Source: an uncultured cyanobacterium (lineage in GTDB: Bacteria > Cyanobacteriota > Cyanobacteriia > Cyanobacteriales > CAWUOF01). From it: 64,000 bases of DNA. Every line of letters starts with the position of its first letter. Position 1 is the stretch's first letter. A model generated the notes under the pieces. That model was not told the DNA's origin and made no database searches. It saw nothing but the letters and a program-made list of their open reading frames with translations. Where the stretch lies: NCBI GenBank assembly GCA_963744145.1, contig CAVUSO010000001.1:256001-320000 (forward strand), written 5' to 3'. This document shows positions 19,074 through 29,063 of this stretch, one piece after another. The position numbers were made by a program, and so were the translations under genes.

Positions 19074-20078
19074 ATGCCCACTACCAAAACACCCAACAAG
19101 AGTCCCAAAAACACTGAGCTGAACCGAAAATCCTATAGCTCAAGTGATACAGTTCGCACCTATCTGCATGAGATTGGGCGTGTACCGTTATTAACCCACG
19201 AACAAGAAATTGTCTATGGTAAGCAGGTACAGCAAATGATGAAGTTGCTAGAAAGTAAAGAAGCACTCTTCAAAACGCTGTTACGCGAACCCACCCTGAC
19301 TGAATGGGCGATCGAGGTTCAACACACCGAAGCAGAGTTGAACCGACTGATGCGTCAGGGACAGCAAGCGAAGAAAAAAATGATCGAAGCGAATCTGCGG
19401 TTAGTGGTAGCGATCGCCAAAAAATACCAGAAGCGCTACATGGAATTTTTGGATTTAATCCAAGAAGGCACCTTGGGCCTAGAGCGGGGTGTGGAGAAAT
19501 TTGATCCAATGCGGGGCTACAAATTCTCGACATACGCTTATTGGTGGATTCGTCAAGCGATTACCCGGGCGATCGCCCAGCACGCTCGGACGATTCGGTT
19601 ACCGATTCATATTACGGAAAAACTGAATAAAATTAAACGAGCGCAACGGGAACTCACCCAGACATTAGGACGCAGTCCTACTCCTGCGGAAATTGCCAAA
19701 ACACTAGATTTAGAACCAGCGCAAATTCGGGAATTTCTCCTCTTAGCGCGACACCCAATGTCCCTTGATTTACGGATTGGGGATAATCAAGATACGGAAT
19801 TGAAGGATTTGCTCGAAGATGAAAGCGAATCCCCTGAGCAATTTATTATTCAGGAAATGCTCCGTCAAGACTTAGATAGTTTATTAGCCGAATTGACCCC
19901 CCAACAACGGGAAGTGATTATTCTCCGATTTGGGCTCAAAGATGGGAATGAATTATCTCTAGCTAAAGTAGGAGAACGGATGAGTTTGAGTCGTGAGCGT
20001 GTCCGTCAACTCGAACATCAAGCACTAGTTCAATTACGTCATCGTTGGGCAAAAGTTCGGGAATATCTAGCTAGTTAG
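19074..20078 (+). CDS. sigB: Group 2 RNA polymerase sigma factor (SigB-like)
   Basis: DTVRTYLHEIGRVPLLT, ANLRLVVAIAKKY, DLIQEG, KFSTYAYWWIRQ, SRERVRQ; paralogue identity less certain than family. Confidence 0.8.
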   Translation: MPTTKTPNKSPKNTELNRKSYSSSDTVRTYLHEIGRVPLLTHEQEIVYGKQVQQMMKLLESKEALFKTLLREPTLTEWAIEVQHTEAELNRLMRQGQQAKKKMIEANLRLVVAIAKKYQKRYMEFLDLIQEGTLGLERGVEKFDPMRGYKFSTYAYWWIRQAITRAIAQHARTIRLPIHITEKLNKIKRAQRELTQTLGRSPTPAEIAKTLDLEPAQIREFLLLARHPMSLDLRIGDNQDTELKDLLEDESESPEQFIIQEMLRQDLDSLLAELTPQQREVIILRFGLKDGNELSLAKVGERMSLSRERVRQLEHQALVQLRHRWAKVREYLAS

Positions 20079-20085
20079 GGAAAAA

Positions 20086-20180
20086 CCTAACCCCCCAACC
20101 CCCTTCCCTACAAGGGAATGGGGAGAAAGATCATTCTTGCTCCCCTTTCCTCTTAGGAGAGGGGTTGGGGGAGAGGTCAA
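20086..20180 (+). repeat. ~94-bp palindromic repeat, inverted partner of 23562-23655
   Basis: CCTAACCCCCCAACCCCCTTCCCTAC..AGAAAGATCATTCTTGCTCCCCTTTCCTCT..GAGGGGTTGGGGGAGAGGTCAA. Confidence 0.85.
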
Positions 20181-20303
20181 GATCCGCGATTCGCCAGTTC
20201 CAGATTATATTCTAACTACTCAATCCATCAGAGAATCTTTAGAAATGCTGGTTTTCCTCAGTAAAGTCTGAAATACCTATTCTACCGTTGCTGATTTTTA
20301 GAG

Positions 20304-21755
20304 TTACAAATCTTTGCGCCAGAAAAGAGACTCCCAACGTCGTCCTAAAGATACGACTTTAACCATCCACACCCCCTCACTAAACCCAAATGCTGGGAGA
20401 TGACCTTTTGGAGCAGTTAGGTTAAATGTTAGGGCAATATATAATAACCAGTTTTTTCCCTTTCTCCATCCCACTTGATCACCAAATTTATCTCTTATTT
20501 GATCATCTGCATTAAGATGACCTCCCACATCCTTACTTTGCCAGAGGTTTTTTTGCACACTAAAACCAAAATGACCAAGCGAGTATTTCACCCATAACTG
20601 ATCTATAGTGTGAAGGTCTTTACTCGGAAACTTTAACCAATCATTACTATCGAGATATCCCTCTCTTTCACGATGAGCAGCTTTAAGTAAAAGACGGTAA
20701 GTTTTCTCATCAGCTTCTTTCCACTTTCCCGCAGCTAAGAGGTCTTGGAGAGGAGTGTAATCTATATTCTTTTGACTTTCGAGAGTAATTTGAAATTGGG
20801 TCGCTGTTGATGATTGATGAATTTGGGTTTTAAGTATTGATGGGTTAAATATTGATGGTTGAGGTCTTAATTTAACATTAAGTTCTTGCCATATTTCCTG
20901 AGCAGATTTATAGCGATCGCTCAAAGGAAGCGAGATCATTTTATCTAAGATCATCCCTAAATCATCACTAATATTAACATATTGTCGCCATACCCATTTC
21001 ATCTCATTAAAATCAAACAAATTATCTATATAATTACAATTTTGTTTGTGTAATAAACAACCTGTCAAAAGCCTAATACAAGTTACCCCTAAACTATATA
21101 TATCACTAGCTGGAAAAGCTTGACCCTGCATTTGTTCTGGAGCTGCATAACTCAGAGTACCAGTTACAGTACCCATACTCATCATTACCGCATCGCTTAA
21201 TTGCTTAGATACTCCAAAATCAATTAACATCAAACAATTATTTATATCTCTAATAATATTATCTGGTTTAATATCTCTATGGATAATATTATTTTTATGG
21301 ATAAAGTCTAAAACTGGGAGAAGTTGACTTAATAAATCTATGATCTGTTCTTCATCAAATTTTCCTTTTTGTTGTAATTCTTTCAATAAATCTTTTCCGT
21401 CGATAAATTCTTGGATTAAATATAAGTGTTTATCTTGTTGAAAGAATGCTAATAAGTCAGGTATTTGGGGATGTTTACCTAAATCTTTTAACCTAATTGC
21501 TTCTTTTTTAAATAATTCTGTTGCTTTTAGTAATTCTTCACTTTCTTGCAACTGAGGTAGAAATTGTTTGATCACACAAAATGTATCTAGTCGTTGCTCA
21601 TCTATGGCTTTGAAGGTTCTCCCAAAACCACCCTTTCCCAGAAATTGCAATGCTCGATAGCGATCGCCCAGCAATAACCTATTCCCACAGAACTGACAAA
21701 GCTTGATCTCAGGTGGGTTGATGTTCTCACATTCAGGGTTTAGACATAGACTCAT
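20304..21755 (-). CDS. Ser/Thr kinase with C-terminal GUN4 domain
   Basis: CLNPEC zinc ribbon, GKGGFG, HRDIKPDN, DFG, APE; DYTPLQDLLAAGKWKEAD..IDQLWVKYS.GHFGFSVQ..GHLP. Confidence 0.93.
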   Translation of the reverse strand: MSLCLNPECENINPPEIKLCQFCGNRLLLGDRYRALQFLGKGGFGRTFKAIDEQRLDTFCVIKQFLPQLQESEELLKATELFKKEAIRLKDLGKHPQIPDLLAFFQQDKHLYLIQEFIDGKDLLKELQQKGKFDEEQIIDLLSQLLPVLDFIHKNNIIHRDIKPDNIIRDINNCLMLIDFGVSKQLSDAVMMSMGTVTGTLSYAAPEQMQGQAFPASDIYSLGVTCIRLLTGCLLHKQNCNYIDNLFDFNEMKWVWRQYVNISDDLGMILDKMISLPLSDRYKSAQEIWQELNVKLRPQPSIFNPSILKTQIHQSSTATQFQITLESQKNIDYTPLQDLLAAGKWKEADEKTYRLLLKAAHREREGYLDSNDWLKFPSKDLHTIDQLWVKYSLGHFGFSVQKNLWQSKDVGGHLNADDQIRDKFGDQVGWRKGKNWLLYIALTFNLTAPKGHLPAFGFSEGVWMVKVVSLGRRWESLFWRKDL

Positions 21756-21793
21756 AAAACTTCATCAAGCTCTTGACAAATAATCTGAACTTA

Positions 21794-23398
21794 TTATATC
21801 TTGCAGGTTACAAGTCTTTGCGCCAGAGAAGAGACCCCCAACACAAAAAACCACCACCAAACCCAACCACACCCCAACACCGGAAGATGGCCCATAGGAG
21901 CATCGGTGTTAAAAGTTAGGTCATCATAGCTCTTCCAAGTGCCTCCTTTTCTCCATCCTAACTTTTCCACAAATTTTATTTCGATCTCTAGTCTAGCTTT
22001 GGAATCTCCACCCACATCCTTACTCTCCCAGATCTGTTTTTGAACGCTAAACCCAAAATGACCATCAGAATATTTTACCCATAACTGATCTATAGTGAGA
22101 AGGTCTTTACAGGGAAACTTTAACCAATTATCACCATCAAGATATTTCTCTTTTTCACGATTAGCAGCTTTAAGTACAAGTCGATAAGTTTCCACATCAG
22201 CCTCTTTCCATTTACCAGCAGCTAATAAGTCTCGGAGCGGAGCATAATCTATATTTCTTTCACTTTCAAGAATAATTTGATCTACAGATTTATTGAATGG
22301 ATCAGAACTATTGAATAGCCAGTTAAACAAATTATTTTGTTTTTCGTTTATTGTTGGTTCTAAAGGATCTGGTAATAATTGGAAATTCGATTTTTGTGAT
22401 AAATTTGTCTCTAAATTACTAGCCAAATTAATGGTTTTCTGCGCTGCTGTTGGTGGATAATATATACCTCTTAATGGCGAAACTGGTTTGGGATGTTTTA
22501 GAATTGATTGCCCTACTTCTGATCTTTGAAGTGCTTGCAATACTTCGGCAGCAGATTGATAGCGATCGCCCATAGAAATCGATAACATCTTATCTAAGAT
22601 CAACCCTAATTCATCACTTATATTTGCTTGCGATCGCCAGATCCATTTCTGATTTATGGGATCAAATAAATTATTGACAAAAGTATGGTTTTTAATTGCT
22701 GGAAAACAACCTGTTAATAGTCGAATACAAGTAACACCTAAACTGTATATATCACTAGCAGGGTAAGCATAACCTTGAAGTTGCTCCACAGCCATATAAC
22801 CTGGAGTACCCGCTAAAGTTCCTGCTTCGACCTTTAAAGTATCACTTAATAGCTTAGATACACCGAAATCTATTAGTATTAATGAACCACTATTATGTCT
22901 AACAATATTATCTGGCTTTATATCTCGGTGAATAACATTATTTTGATGAATAAATATTAAAACAGGAAGAAGTTGATTTAATAGATCTATAATTTTTTCT
23001 TGACTAAACTTTCCTTGTTCTTGTAATTCCTCTTTTAAATCTTGTCCTTCGATAAATTCTTGGACTAAATATAAATGTTGATCTTGGGGCAGAAATGCCA
23101 ATAAGTCTGGGATTTGCGGATGTTTCCCTAAATCGCATAATCTCATAGCTTCTTTTTCAAAAAATTCAGCATTGTTATTTTCTTGTTGCTCAATAGAAAA
23201 CTGTTTAATAACACATGGAGTTTTAAGTCTATTTTCGTCTATAGCTTTAAATACTCTACCAAAAGCACCAGCACCAATTAACTTTACTGCGCGATAACGA
23301 TCATTTAGTAAAAGGTTGCTTTTACACTTAGAGCAAGATTTTTGATTAAGTGGGTTAAAATATCCGCAACATGAGTTTAAACATAAACATTGTTCCAT
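21794..23398 (-). CDS. Ser/Thr kinase with C-terminal GUN4 domain (tandem paralogue)
   Basis: GAGAFG, HRDIKPDN, DFG; DYAPLRDLLAAGKWKEAD..GHFGFSVQ..GHLP. Confidence 0.93.
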   Translation of the reverse strand: MEQCLCLNSCCGYFNPLNQKSCSKCKSNLLLNDRYRAVKLIGAGAFGRVFKAIDENRLKTPCVIKQFSIEQQENNNAEFFEKEAMRLCDLGKHPQIPDLLAFLPQDQHLYLVQEFIEGQDLKEELQEQGKFSQEKIIDLLNQLLPVLIFIHQNNVIHRDIKPDNIVRHNSGSLILIDFGVSKLLSDTLKVEAGTLAGTPGYMAVEQLQGYAYPASDIYSLGVTCIRLLTGCFPAIKNHTFVNNLFDPINQKWIWRSQANISDELGLILDKMLSISMGDRYQSAAEVLQALQRSEVGQSILKHPKPVSPLRGIYYPPTAAQKTINLASNLETNLSQKSNFQLLPDPLEPTINEKQNNLFNWLFNSSDPFNKSVDQIILESERNIDYAPLRDLLAAGKWKEADVETYRLVLKAANREKEKYLDGDNWLKFPCKDLLTIDQLWVKYSDGHFGFSVQKQIWESKDVGGDSKARLEIEIKFVEKLGWRKGGTWKSYDDLTFNTDAPMGHLPVLGCGWVWWWFFVLGVSSLAQRLVTCKI

Positions 23399-23561
23399 AT
23401 CTATCTAATCTCTATAATACTTACTCAATCCCTTTAATGGGCATGGTGGTTATTTGACAAAACTCACATACTCATTCTAGTTTATAGTTCGGGTATATGT
23501 CTAGTACATAGAATTCAGATTTTTGGTGATTACGCTAACTAAGGAGAGCGGTTTGCAAAGA

Positions 23562-23704
23562 TTGACCTCTCCCCCAACCCCTCGACCCAGAGGAAAGGGG
23601 AGCAAGAATGATCTTTCTCCCTATCCGTAGTAGGGAAGGGGGTTGGGGGGTTAGGCGTCGCCGTGAGCGCTTGCCCTGAGCGTAGTCGAAGGGTAGTCGA
23701 ACGG
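23562..23704 (-). repeat. Inverted copy of the 20086-20180 repeat, followed by nested small dispersed repeats (24-bp insert 23670-23693)
   Basis: Reverse complement matches 20086-20180; CCGTGAGCG[CTTGCCCTGAGCGTAGTCGAAGGG]TAGTCGAACGG. Confidence 0.85.
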
Positions 23705-23806
23705 TTTTTCCTGCGATTAAGCCAACTCTCTAACACCCGATTCCGATAAAATATCCTTATGATAAAAAACTGTCTCAACTAGTTTGGCAATTAAAAAGGT
23801 TAATTT

Positions 23807-24715
23807 ATGTTTATCCCTCAAGGTTTTGTACAACACTCGATCGTTACATCTCTGGGGACAATGGTGTATTATACGGCTGAGGCTGAACCCTGGATTGTTA
23901 AGTCTCAAGTCGATCGGGAAAAATTACCTCCCCTGGTTTTTCTACATGGTTTTGGAGGAGGATCATCGGCTTATGAATGGTCAAAAGTCTATCCCGCCTT
24001 TGCCAGTCAATATCGAATTTTAGCACCTGATTTAATTGGTTGGGGTCGTTCTGAACATCCGGAAAGAAATTACCAAGCTCAAGACTATATCAATACCATC
24101 ATTGAGTTTATTGAGAAAACCTGTAGTGAACCAGTCCCAGTTATTGCTTCGTCCCTTACTGGTGCATTAACGATTCGAGCTGCGATCGCTAAACCAAGTT
24201 TATTTCAATCTCTGATCTTAACTACACCCTCTGGGTTATCAGACTTTGGTCAAAATTCTCAAGATAATTTCTTTGTTCACCTAGTCCGAACTCCCATTAT
24301 CGATCGCTTTCTCTATGCTACCGCAGTTGCTAGCGAAGGGGGAATCAGCAGCTTTTTACAAGAACGACAATTTGCTAGTCCCGATCGCGTCTACCCAGAA
24401 ATCGTGGAAGCTTATTTAGACTCAGCAGGACAACCCAATGCAGAATATGCAGCACTTTCCTTTGTCCGAGGAGATCTATCTTTTGACCTATCTCTTTATA
24501 TTACTCAACTAACTACTCCCACTGCGATCATCTGGGGAGAGAAATCCCAATTTACTAGACCGGAAATTGGTCAAAGATTAGCTAATCTGAATCCCCAAGC
24601 AATTCGCTTTTTTCAGAAGCTAGAAGATGTTGGGCTTACACCTCAATTAGAACTACCTGCGGTGACGATCGGTTTAATTAGACAATATTTAACAGTTTTC
24701 CAAACAGATTTGTAA
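23807..24715 (+). CDS. Alpha/beta fold hydrolase
   Basis: VFLHGFGGG, APDLIGWGRS, IASSLTG, IIWGE. Confidence 0.9.
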   Translation: MFIPQGFVQHSIVTSLGTMVYYTAEAEPWIVKSQVDREKLPPLVFLHGFGGGSSAYEWSKVYPAFASQYRILAPDLIGWGRSEHPERNYQAQDYINTIIEFIEKTCSEPVPVIASSLTGALTIRAAIAKPSLFQSLILTTPSGLSDFGQNSQDNFFVHLVRTPIIDRFLYATAVASEGGISSFLQERQFASPDRVYPEIVEAYLDSAGQPNAEYAALSFVRGDLSFDLSLYITQLTTPTAIIWGEKSQFTRPEIGQRLANLNPQAIRFFQKLEDVGLTPQLELPAVTIGLIRQYLTVFQTDL

Positions 24716-24719
24716 GTTT

Positions 24720-24754
24720 ATGCAGGTATGAGGGTTAATGCTCTATACCTGCAT
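24720..24754. terminator. Hairpin between convergent genes
   Basis: ATGCAGGTAT..ATACCTGCAT inverted repeat. Confidence 0.6.
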
Positions 24755-24770
24755 TACTTTAATCCATCAC

Positions 24771-25295
24771 CTAATATCTGATATCAATCACACTGGCATT
24801 AAAGTCGTAGTTTACCCCCTCTAGCTCAACTGTGGTGCCAATTTTAACTTTGGTATTACCAAGTACCGGTCCATCAGAGGTAATTTTCGCTTTACCAGTC
24901 AAGGTCATCAGCATACTGGTGTTAAAAGATTCTTCTACTCTGGGATCAGGTACGGCTTTAATCGTACCATTGGGTTGGGGCACAGCTAAAAATCGGTTAA
25001 TCGTTTTATAGGATTTAATATCGATCTCCCCATAGGGGTTATTGCGGATAATTACTTTGGTTTTCTTAGTTCTTTCAAATTCATTGAGAACACTGTTTGG
25101 ATCACGTACACTTAAGCCCCGCACAATTAAGTCTACTTCAATTGGTTTCATGCTATTCCCAAGTTGGGCAACGGAACCATTAGCACCAGGAAAGATAAAA
25201 ATACCTACCAATACTAACAGAATTACCAGCCCAGCGCCCAAATCCAAAATGCTAACCTTACCTAATATGCGACCTTCTGTATCCAAAATTTTCAT
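24771..25295 (-). CDS. DUF4330 family membrane-anchored protein
   Basis: MKILDTEGRILGKVSILD plus TM helix. Confidence 0.8.
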   Translation of the reverse strand: MKILDTEGRILGKVSILDLGAGLVILLVLVGIFIFPGANGSVAQLGNSMKPIEVDLIVRGLSVRDPNSVLNEFERTKKTKVIIRNNPYGEIDIKSYKTINRFLAVPQPNGTIKAVPDPRVEESFNTSMLMTLTGKAKITSDGPVLGNTKVKIGTTVELEGVNYDFNASVIDIRY

Positions 25296-25480
25296 GTGAG
25301 ATTGTCCCAGCGAACCAATTAAACGCTAATAGTTGTTTAAATCAAGACTACCATTTCCCCATCCTCATTTTGCCACTGTCATATTAGTAGTCAATTGGTG
25401 GTAGGGAAACATAAAATAGCATTATTAGTCAACAGGTATATCACAGATTTTGTCAATTTTCTGATTCTTGCTATTGTACC

Positions 25481-26332
25481 ATGTTTAACCCATTATCTTT
25501 AATTTCCGGGCGTTTCCTAAGTCGCCACTGGCATATTCTATTGTCTTTTCTAGTTACTTTGGGCGTAGTGGTTGGTTTCCCGGTCGTCGCTGGGGCTTTT
25601 TCTTGGGCAGATTTAATTCTGCAGGGAGTTCAGGTCATCCAGGTATCCAATATCTCTGATCGTCAAGAAGTAGCTTTAGGTAAGCAAATTAACGATCAGT
25701 TGGTTAGTAGTGGTCAGATTAAACTCTACGACAATTCGGATATTAATCAATATGTTCAGCAAATTGGTCAGCGGTTAGTCCCTGTTAGCGATCGCCCCAA
25801 GATTCCTTATACTTTTCAGGTAGTTGATGATAATAGCGTCAATGCTTTTGCGACGATGGGGGGATTTGTTTACGTTCACCGTGGATTATTGAAAGAAGCA
25901 GATAACGAAGCTCAAGTAGCTAGTGTATTAGCCCATGAAATGGGTCATATTGCTGCTCGTCATTCCGTCAAAAAAATGCGTCAAGCTTTAATCGCTCAGG
26001 GAGCAGCCGCAGCCGCAGGGGTTGATAATAATACTGCGGTTAAGGTTGGTTTAGACCTAGCTATCCAACGCCCAACCAGCCGAGGTTATGAATTTGAAGC
26101 TGATCAAAGAGGATTAAAAACGATCGGACGTTCGGGTTACGCTGAATCAGGGATGGTTGACTTTATGAAAAAATTGCTCAAACAACCTTCTCCTCCGACC
26201 TTTTTAAGCGATCACCCAGCTACAGCCGATCGGGTGATTGCTCTCCAAAATAACCTCGATCCAGCAAAAGCTAATGGAGATGGGTTAGATAATAGTTCCT
26301 ATCAAAACCTAATCAGCTCAAAATTGAATTAA
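25481..26332 (+). CDS. M48 family metallopeptidase
   Basis: VNAFATMGG, VLAHEMGH, EFEAD, SDHP. Confidence 0.92.
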   Translation: MFNPLSLISGRFLSRHWHILLSFLVTLGVVVGFPVVAGAFSWADLILQGVQVIQVSNISDRQEVALGKQINDQLVSSGQIKLYDNSDINQYVQQIGQRLVPVSDRPKIPYTFQVVDDNSVNAFATMGGFVYVHRGLLKEADNEAQVASVLAHEMGHIAARHSVKKMRQALIAQGAAAAAGVDNNTAVKVGLDLAIQRPTSRGYEFEADQRGLKTIGRSGYAESGMVDFMKKLLKQPSPPTFLSDHPATADRVIALQNNLDPAKANGDGLDNSSYQNLISSKLN

Positions 26333-26337
26333 ATCGA

Positions 26338-27102
26338 TTACACATGAGCAGACCGACAACGTTTAGAGGATAATAATTCTGGTTTAATCTGGGTTTCGAT
26401 TTGGGCTAGAGAGAGAACTCGCAGACGATGACTTAGGATATTAAATTGATAAACTTGCTGGTGAGTTAGCTCGATCGCGGTTAACCATCCACTGAACGGA
26501 TGATAAGCACCTGTGTCAATTCCTAACCAACCTTGTCCACGAGCTAGTTGTCCTTTATCAACACCTGGTAAAGTTAAGGTAATTGTATGTCCAATGATAA
26601 TTAATTTATCGGGGAAATAAGGTTCGGTCATAAAATGAAACCGATCGCGAATCCAGCAAAACTGTTCCCGAGTTTGTTTTTTTAGGGGTAATGCTGGATC
26701 AACTCCAGCATGGACTAACCAAAAGTCGCCCAAATCTAAATATAAGGGTAAGGTTTCCATCCACTCAATATGTTCTAACAGCTGATCTGTCTTCCCGTGA
26801 TAACTAGCAAGAGTGCTGTCTCCACCACATAACAGCCATTCTTGCATTAGTGATTCATTGCACTGTCGATTGGGAAAAGATTCCAATAGCATCTGTTCAT
26901 GGTTTCCGAGCAAACAGGAATAGGAATTTTGTCGCACCAAGTCAATTACTTTAGCACTATGGGGACCGCGATCGATTAAATCACCCAGAAAATATACTTG
27001 ATCGGCTGTCCCAGGTGCGATCGCATTGAGGAGTACCATCAATCCCTCATAATGTCCGTGGACATCACCAATGACAATTTGTCTGTGGGTATTTTTTTTC
27101 AT
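26338..27102 (-). CDS. Metallophosphoesterase (PPP-type Ser/Thr phosphatase)
   Basis: GDVHG, GDLIDRG, GNHE, VHAG, GHT, IDTG. Confidence 0.92.
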   Translation of the reverse strand: MKKNTHRQIVIGDVHGHYEGLMVLLNAIAPGTADQVYFLGDLIDRGPHSAKVIDLVRQNSYSCLLGNHEQMLLESFPNRQCNESLMQEWLLCGGDSTLASYHGKTDQLLEHIEWMETLPLYLDLGDFWLVHAGVDPALPLKKQTREQFCWIRDRFHFMTEPYFPDKLIIIGHTITLTLPGVDKGQLARGQGWLGIDTGAYHPFSGWLTAIELTHQQVYQFNILSHRLRVLSLAQIETQIKPELLSSKRCRSAHV

Positions 27103-27329
27103 AGGAAATCTTCCTTTCTAAGCAGAGTGCATCCTGATTGATTAAAATATTAGCAAAATTTAACTCTTTGTTGTTCTTGTTTATAGTTTTTTTATATATC
27201 AGGAGATTTTCATTAAAGAACCTTTAAAATTAGGAAACTATCACATAGTTGAATAACTAGGTGTAAGCACTCAAATCAGCAACTAATCAGCAATAAAGCT
27301 GATTAATTGCAATCACCGCAACAACATAA

Positions 27330-28067
27330 CTATCGACTGAGAGCTTGGAAAAAACGTCGGACTTCTCCAAAAAATCCCTGACGCTTAATTTGAGGTGATG
27401 AAGATGAATTACTACCGTTGGTTGCTTTGATGAGAATTTGCTCTAAAGCATCACCCAGGGGTTTTTCTGATTCTTCTGCGATCAGTTCATAGCTATTTTC
27501 AGTTTCTAACCACACCAACCAAGCACTAGGAAAACAACGAAAGAGAATTGCATCGGCTAGGGGTCGGATATAATAACAAGAATAAAGACTGTTTAAAAAA
27601 CGTTCTCGCAGTTGACGTCCAGCATAGCCAATCCCGACGATCGCTGCGTCTTCTAAACAGGGATTAAGGAGTACCACCGGGCGATCGCCAGCTAGGTTGC
27701 AGAGTTTTTCGACTTGTTGAATTTCCACTGAACTAGGAGAGACAATCAAATACACCTGGTCTTCGGGTGAAATTTTATGTTCGATGGGAGAGCGACTAGT
27801 ACCCAGATCGCTGATCCCAAATTCTACTTGTCCCCAATCCCGTCGAGCTAGTGCAGCAGCACCAGCATCACAGAATAAGACTTTTAAATGAGAACCAAAT
27901 TGCTCAAAATCTGGAATAAACTGTTCGGTAATGGATTGGGCTTGAAGTTGGATTTCGGGAAAAACTAATTCAACTTGTAACCGAGTATAACCTGCCGCGA
28001 TCGCTTGTTGGGTCGCTGTCCGAGCTTGAGTGATCGCTTCTGCTAAGGAATTGGGAAGTTCAGCCAT
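27330..28067 (-). CDS. DUF1995 family protein
   Basis: RLQVELVFPE, DAGAAALARRDWG, VLLNP, GIGYAGRQLRERF. Confidence 0.85.
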   Translation of the reverse strand: MAELPNSLAEAITQARTATQQAIAAGYTRLQVELVFPEIQLQAQSITEQFIPDFEQFGSHLKVLFCDAGAAALARRDWGQVEFGISDLGTSRSPIEHKISPEDQVYLIVSPSSVEIQQVEKLCNLAGDRPVVLLNPCLEDAAIVGIGYAGRQLRERFLNSLYSCYYIRPLADAILFRCFPSAWLVWLETENSYELIAEESEKPLGDALEQILIKATNGSNSSSSPQIKRQGFFGEVRRFFQALSR

Positions 28068-28371
28068 TAATTTTAGTTAATATAGGTTGGATTGGGCAAT
28101 TTCACAATTATCGCAGGTTTGAGGAGATTGAATATCAACTGGTGGATAAATTGCGATCGCATTCCCAGCACTGACTAATTAAATTCAAAAGTTGAGATTA
28201 AGTTATCAAAAATGGGTTTTTTCTGCTTGACTTGTTGATGATCCTTGATCATGATCACCTATAAATTGCCGAATCCTCAATAAATTGCCTGATGTGTAGT
28301 TTTATTAAAAATCACAGCATTTTGATTACCAATAGTAGTTTTAGTAATATTAGAAACTTGACTAAGGGAAA

Positions 28372-28848
28372 TTAATCGGTAATTTGGACACTACCAACGA
28401 GAATCAGACAAAGGAGACGGTCGATCGCTTTGCAATCTTCTTCAGTGATCGATTCATCTAAAAGTGCAGCGGTGATTCTATACCAATCAGACTTTCTCAC
28501 TGTCTGGGTTGTCCCAATATTGGCCACAATTTGGTTAACTTTTGCCCTGATTGTCCCCTGAGTAGTCCCCTGAGTAGTCCCCTGAGTAGTCCCCTGAGCT
28601 TTACCCTGAGCTTTACCCTGAGCTTTACCCTGAGCTTTACCCTGAGCTTTACCCTGAGCGTAGTCGAAGGGGGAGTCGAAGGGGGAGTCGAAGGGGGAGT
28701 CGAAGGGGGAGTCGAAGGGGGAGTCGAAGGGTAGACTTACACTGAGGGTCGTCGAAGTGGTCAAAGGACAGGATGAAAGAGTGTACTTACACTGAGCGTC
28801 ACCGAAGTAGTCAAAGGGTAAAATCGAAGGATGGGAGATTTGAAGCAT
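28372..28848 (-). CDS. Small cyanobacterial hypothetical protein with an in-frame repeat expansion
   Basis: C-terminal AALLDESITEEDCKAIDRLL looks protein-like; middle PFDS/KAQG/TTQG runs derive from 12-bp repeats; start uncertain. Confidence 0.5.
   Translation of the reverse strand: MLQISHPSILPFDYFGDAQCKYTLSSCPLTTSTTLSVSLPFDSPFDSPFDSPFDSPFDSPFDYAQGKAQGKAQGKAQGKAQGKAQGTTQGTTQGTTQGTIRAKVNQIVANIGTTQTVRKSDWYRITAALLDESITEEDCKAIDRLLCLILVGSVQITD
28550..28822. repeat. Nested array of 24-bp small dispersed repeat halves
   Basis: GTAGTCCCCTGA x3, TTTACCCTGAGC x5, GTAGTCGAAGGG, GGAGTCGAAGGG x5, then degenerate ACTTACACTGAG..GAAG copies. Confidence 0.9.
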
Positions 28849-29063
28849 TGGTTTTTTCCTGAACTCGATATTTTTATCATCCCCTGGTTTCCTTTACTGC
28901 TAAGTGATGCAGGATTTAACCAAAGCGTGATAGTTTTATGGTGATCCAGTGAGTGCTGGAGATTTTCCGGGTGACTGATATCACTGGTTGATGACCAAAA
29001 ACAATCTGGTTCAAGAGACAAAACGCCTTAACTTTTCTAAAATTGACAAAATCTAGGATAATA

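Noticed and set aside
20180-23560. Complete DGR within the window
   Set aside because: No reverse transcriptase, Avd or template repeat seen; only a target-like signature is reported
28550-28731. Possible CRISPR array
   Set aside because: 12-bp units abut with no unique spacers and no cas genes are nearby
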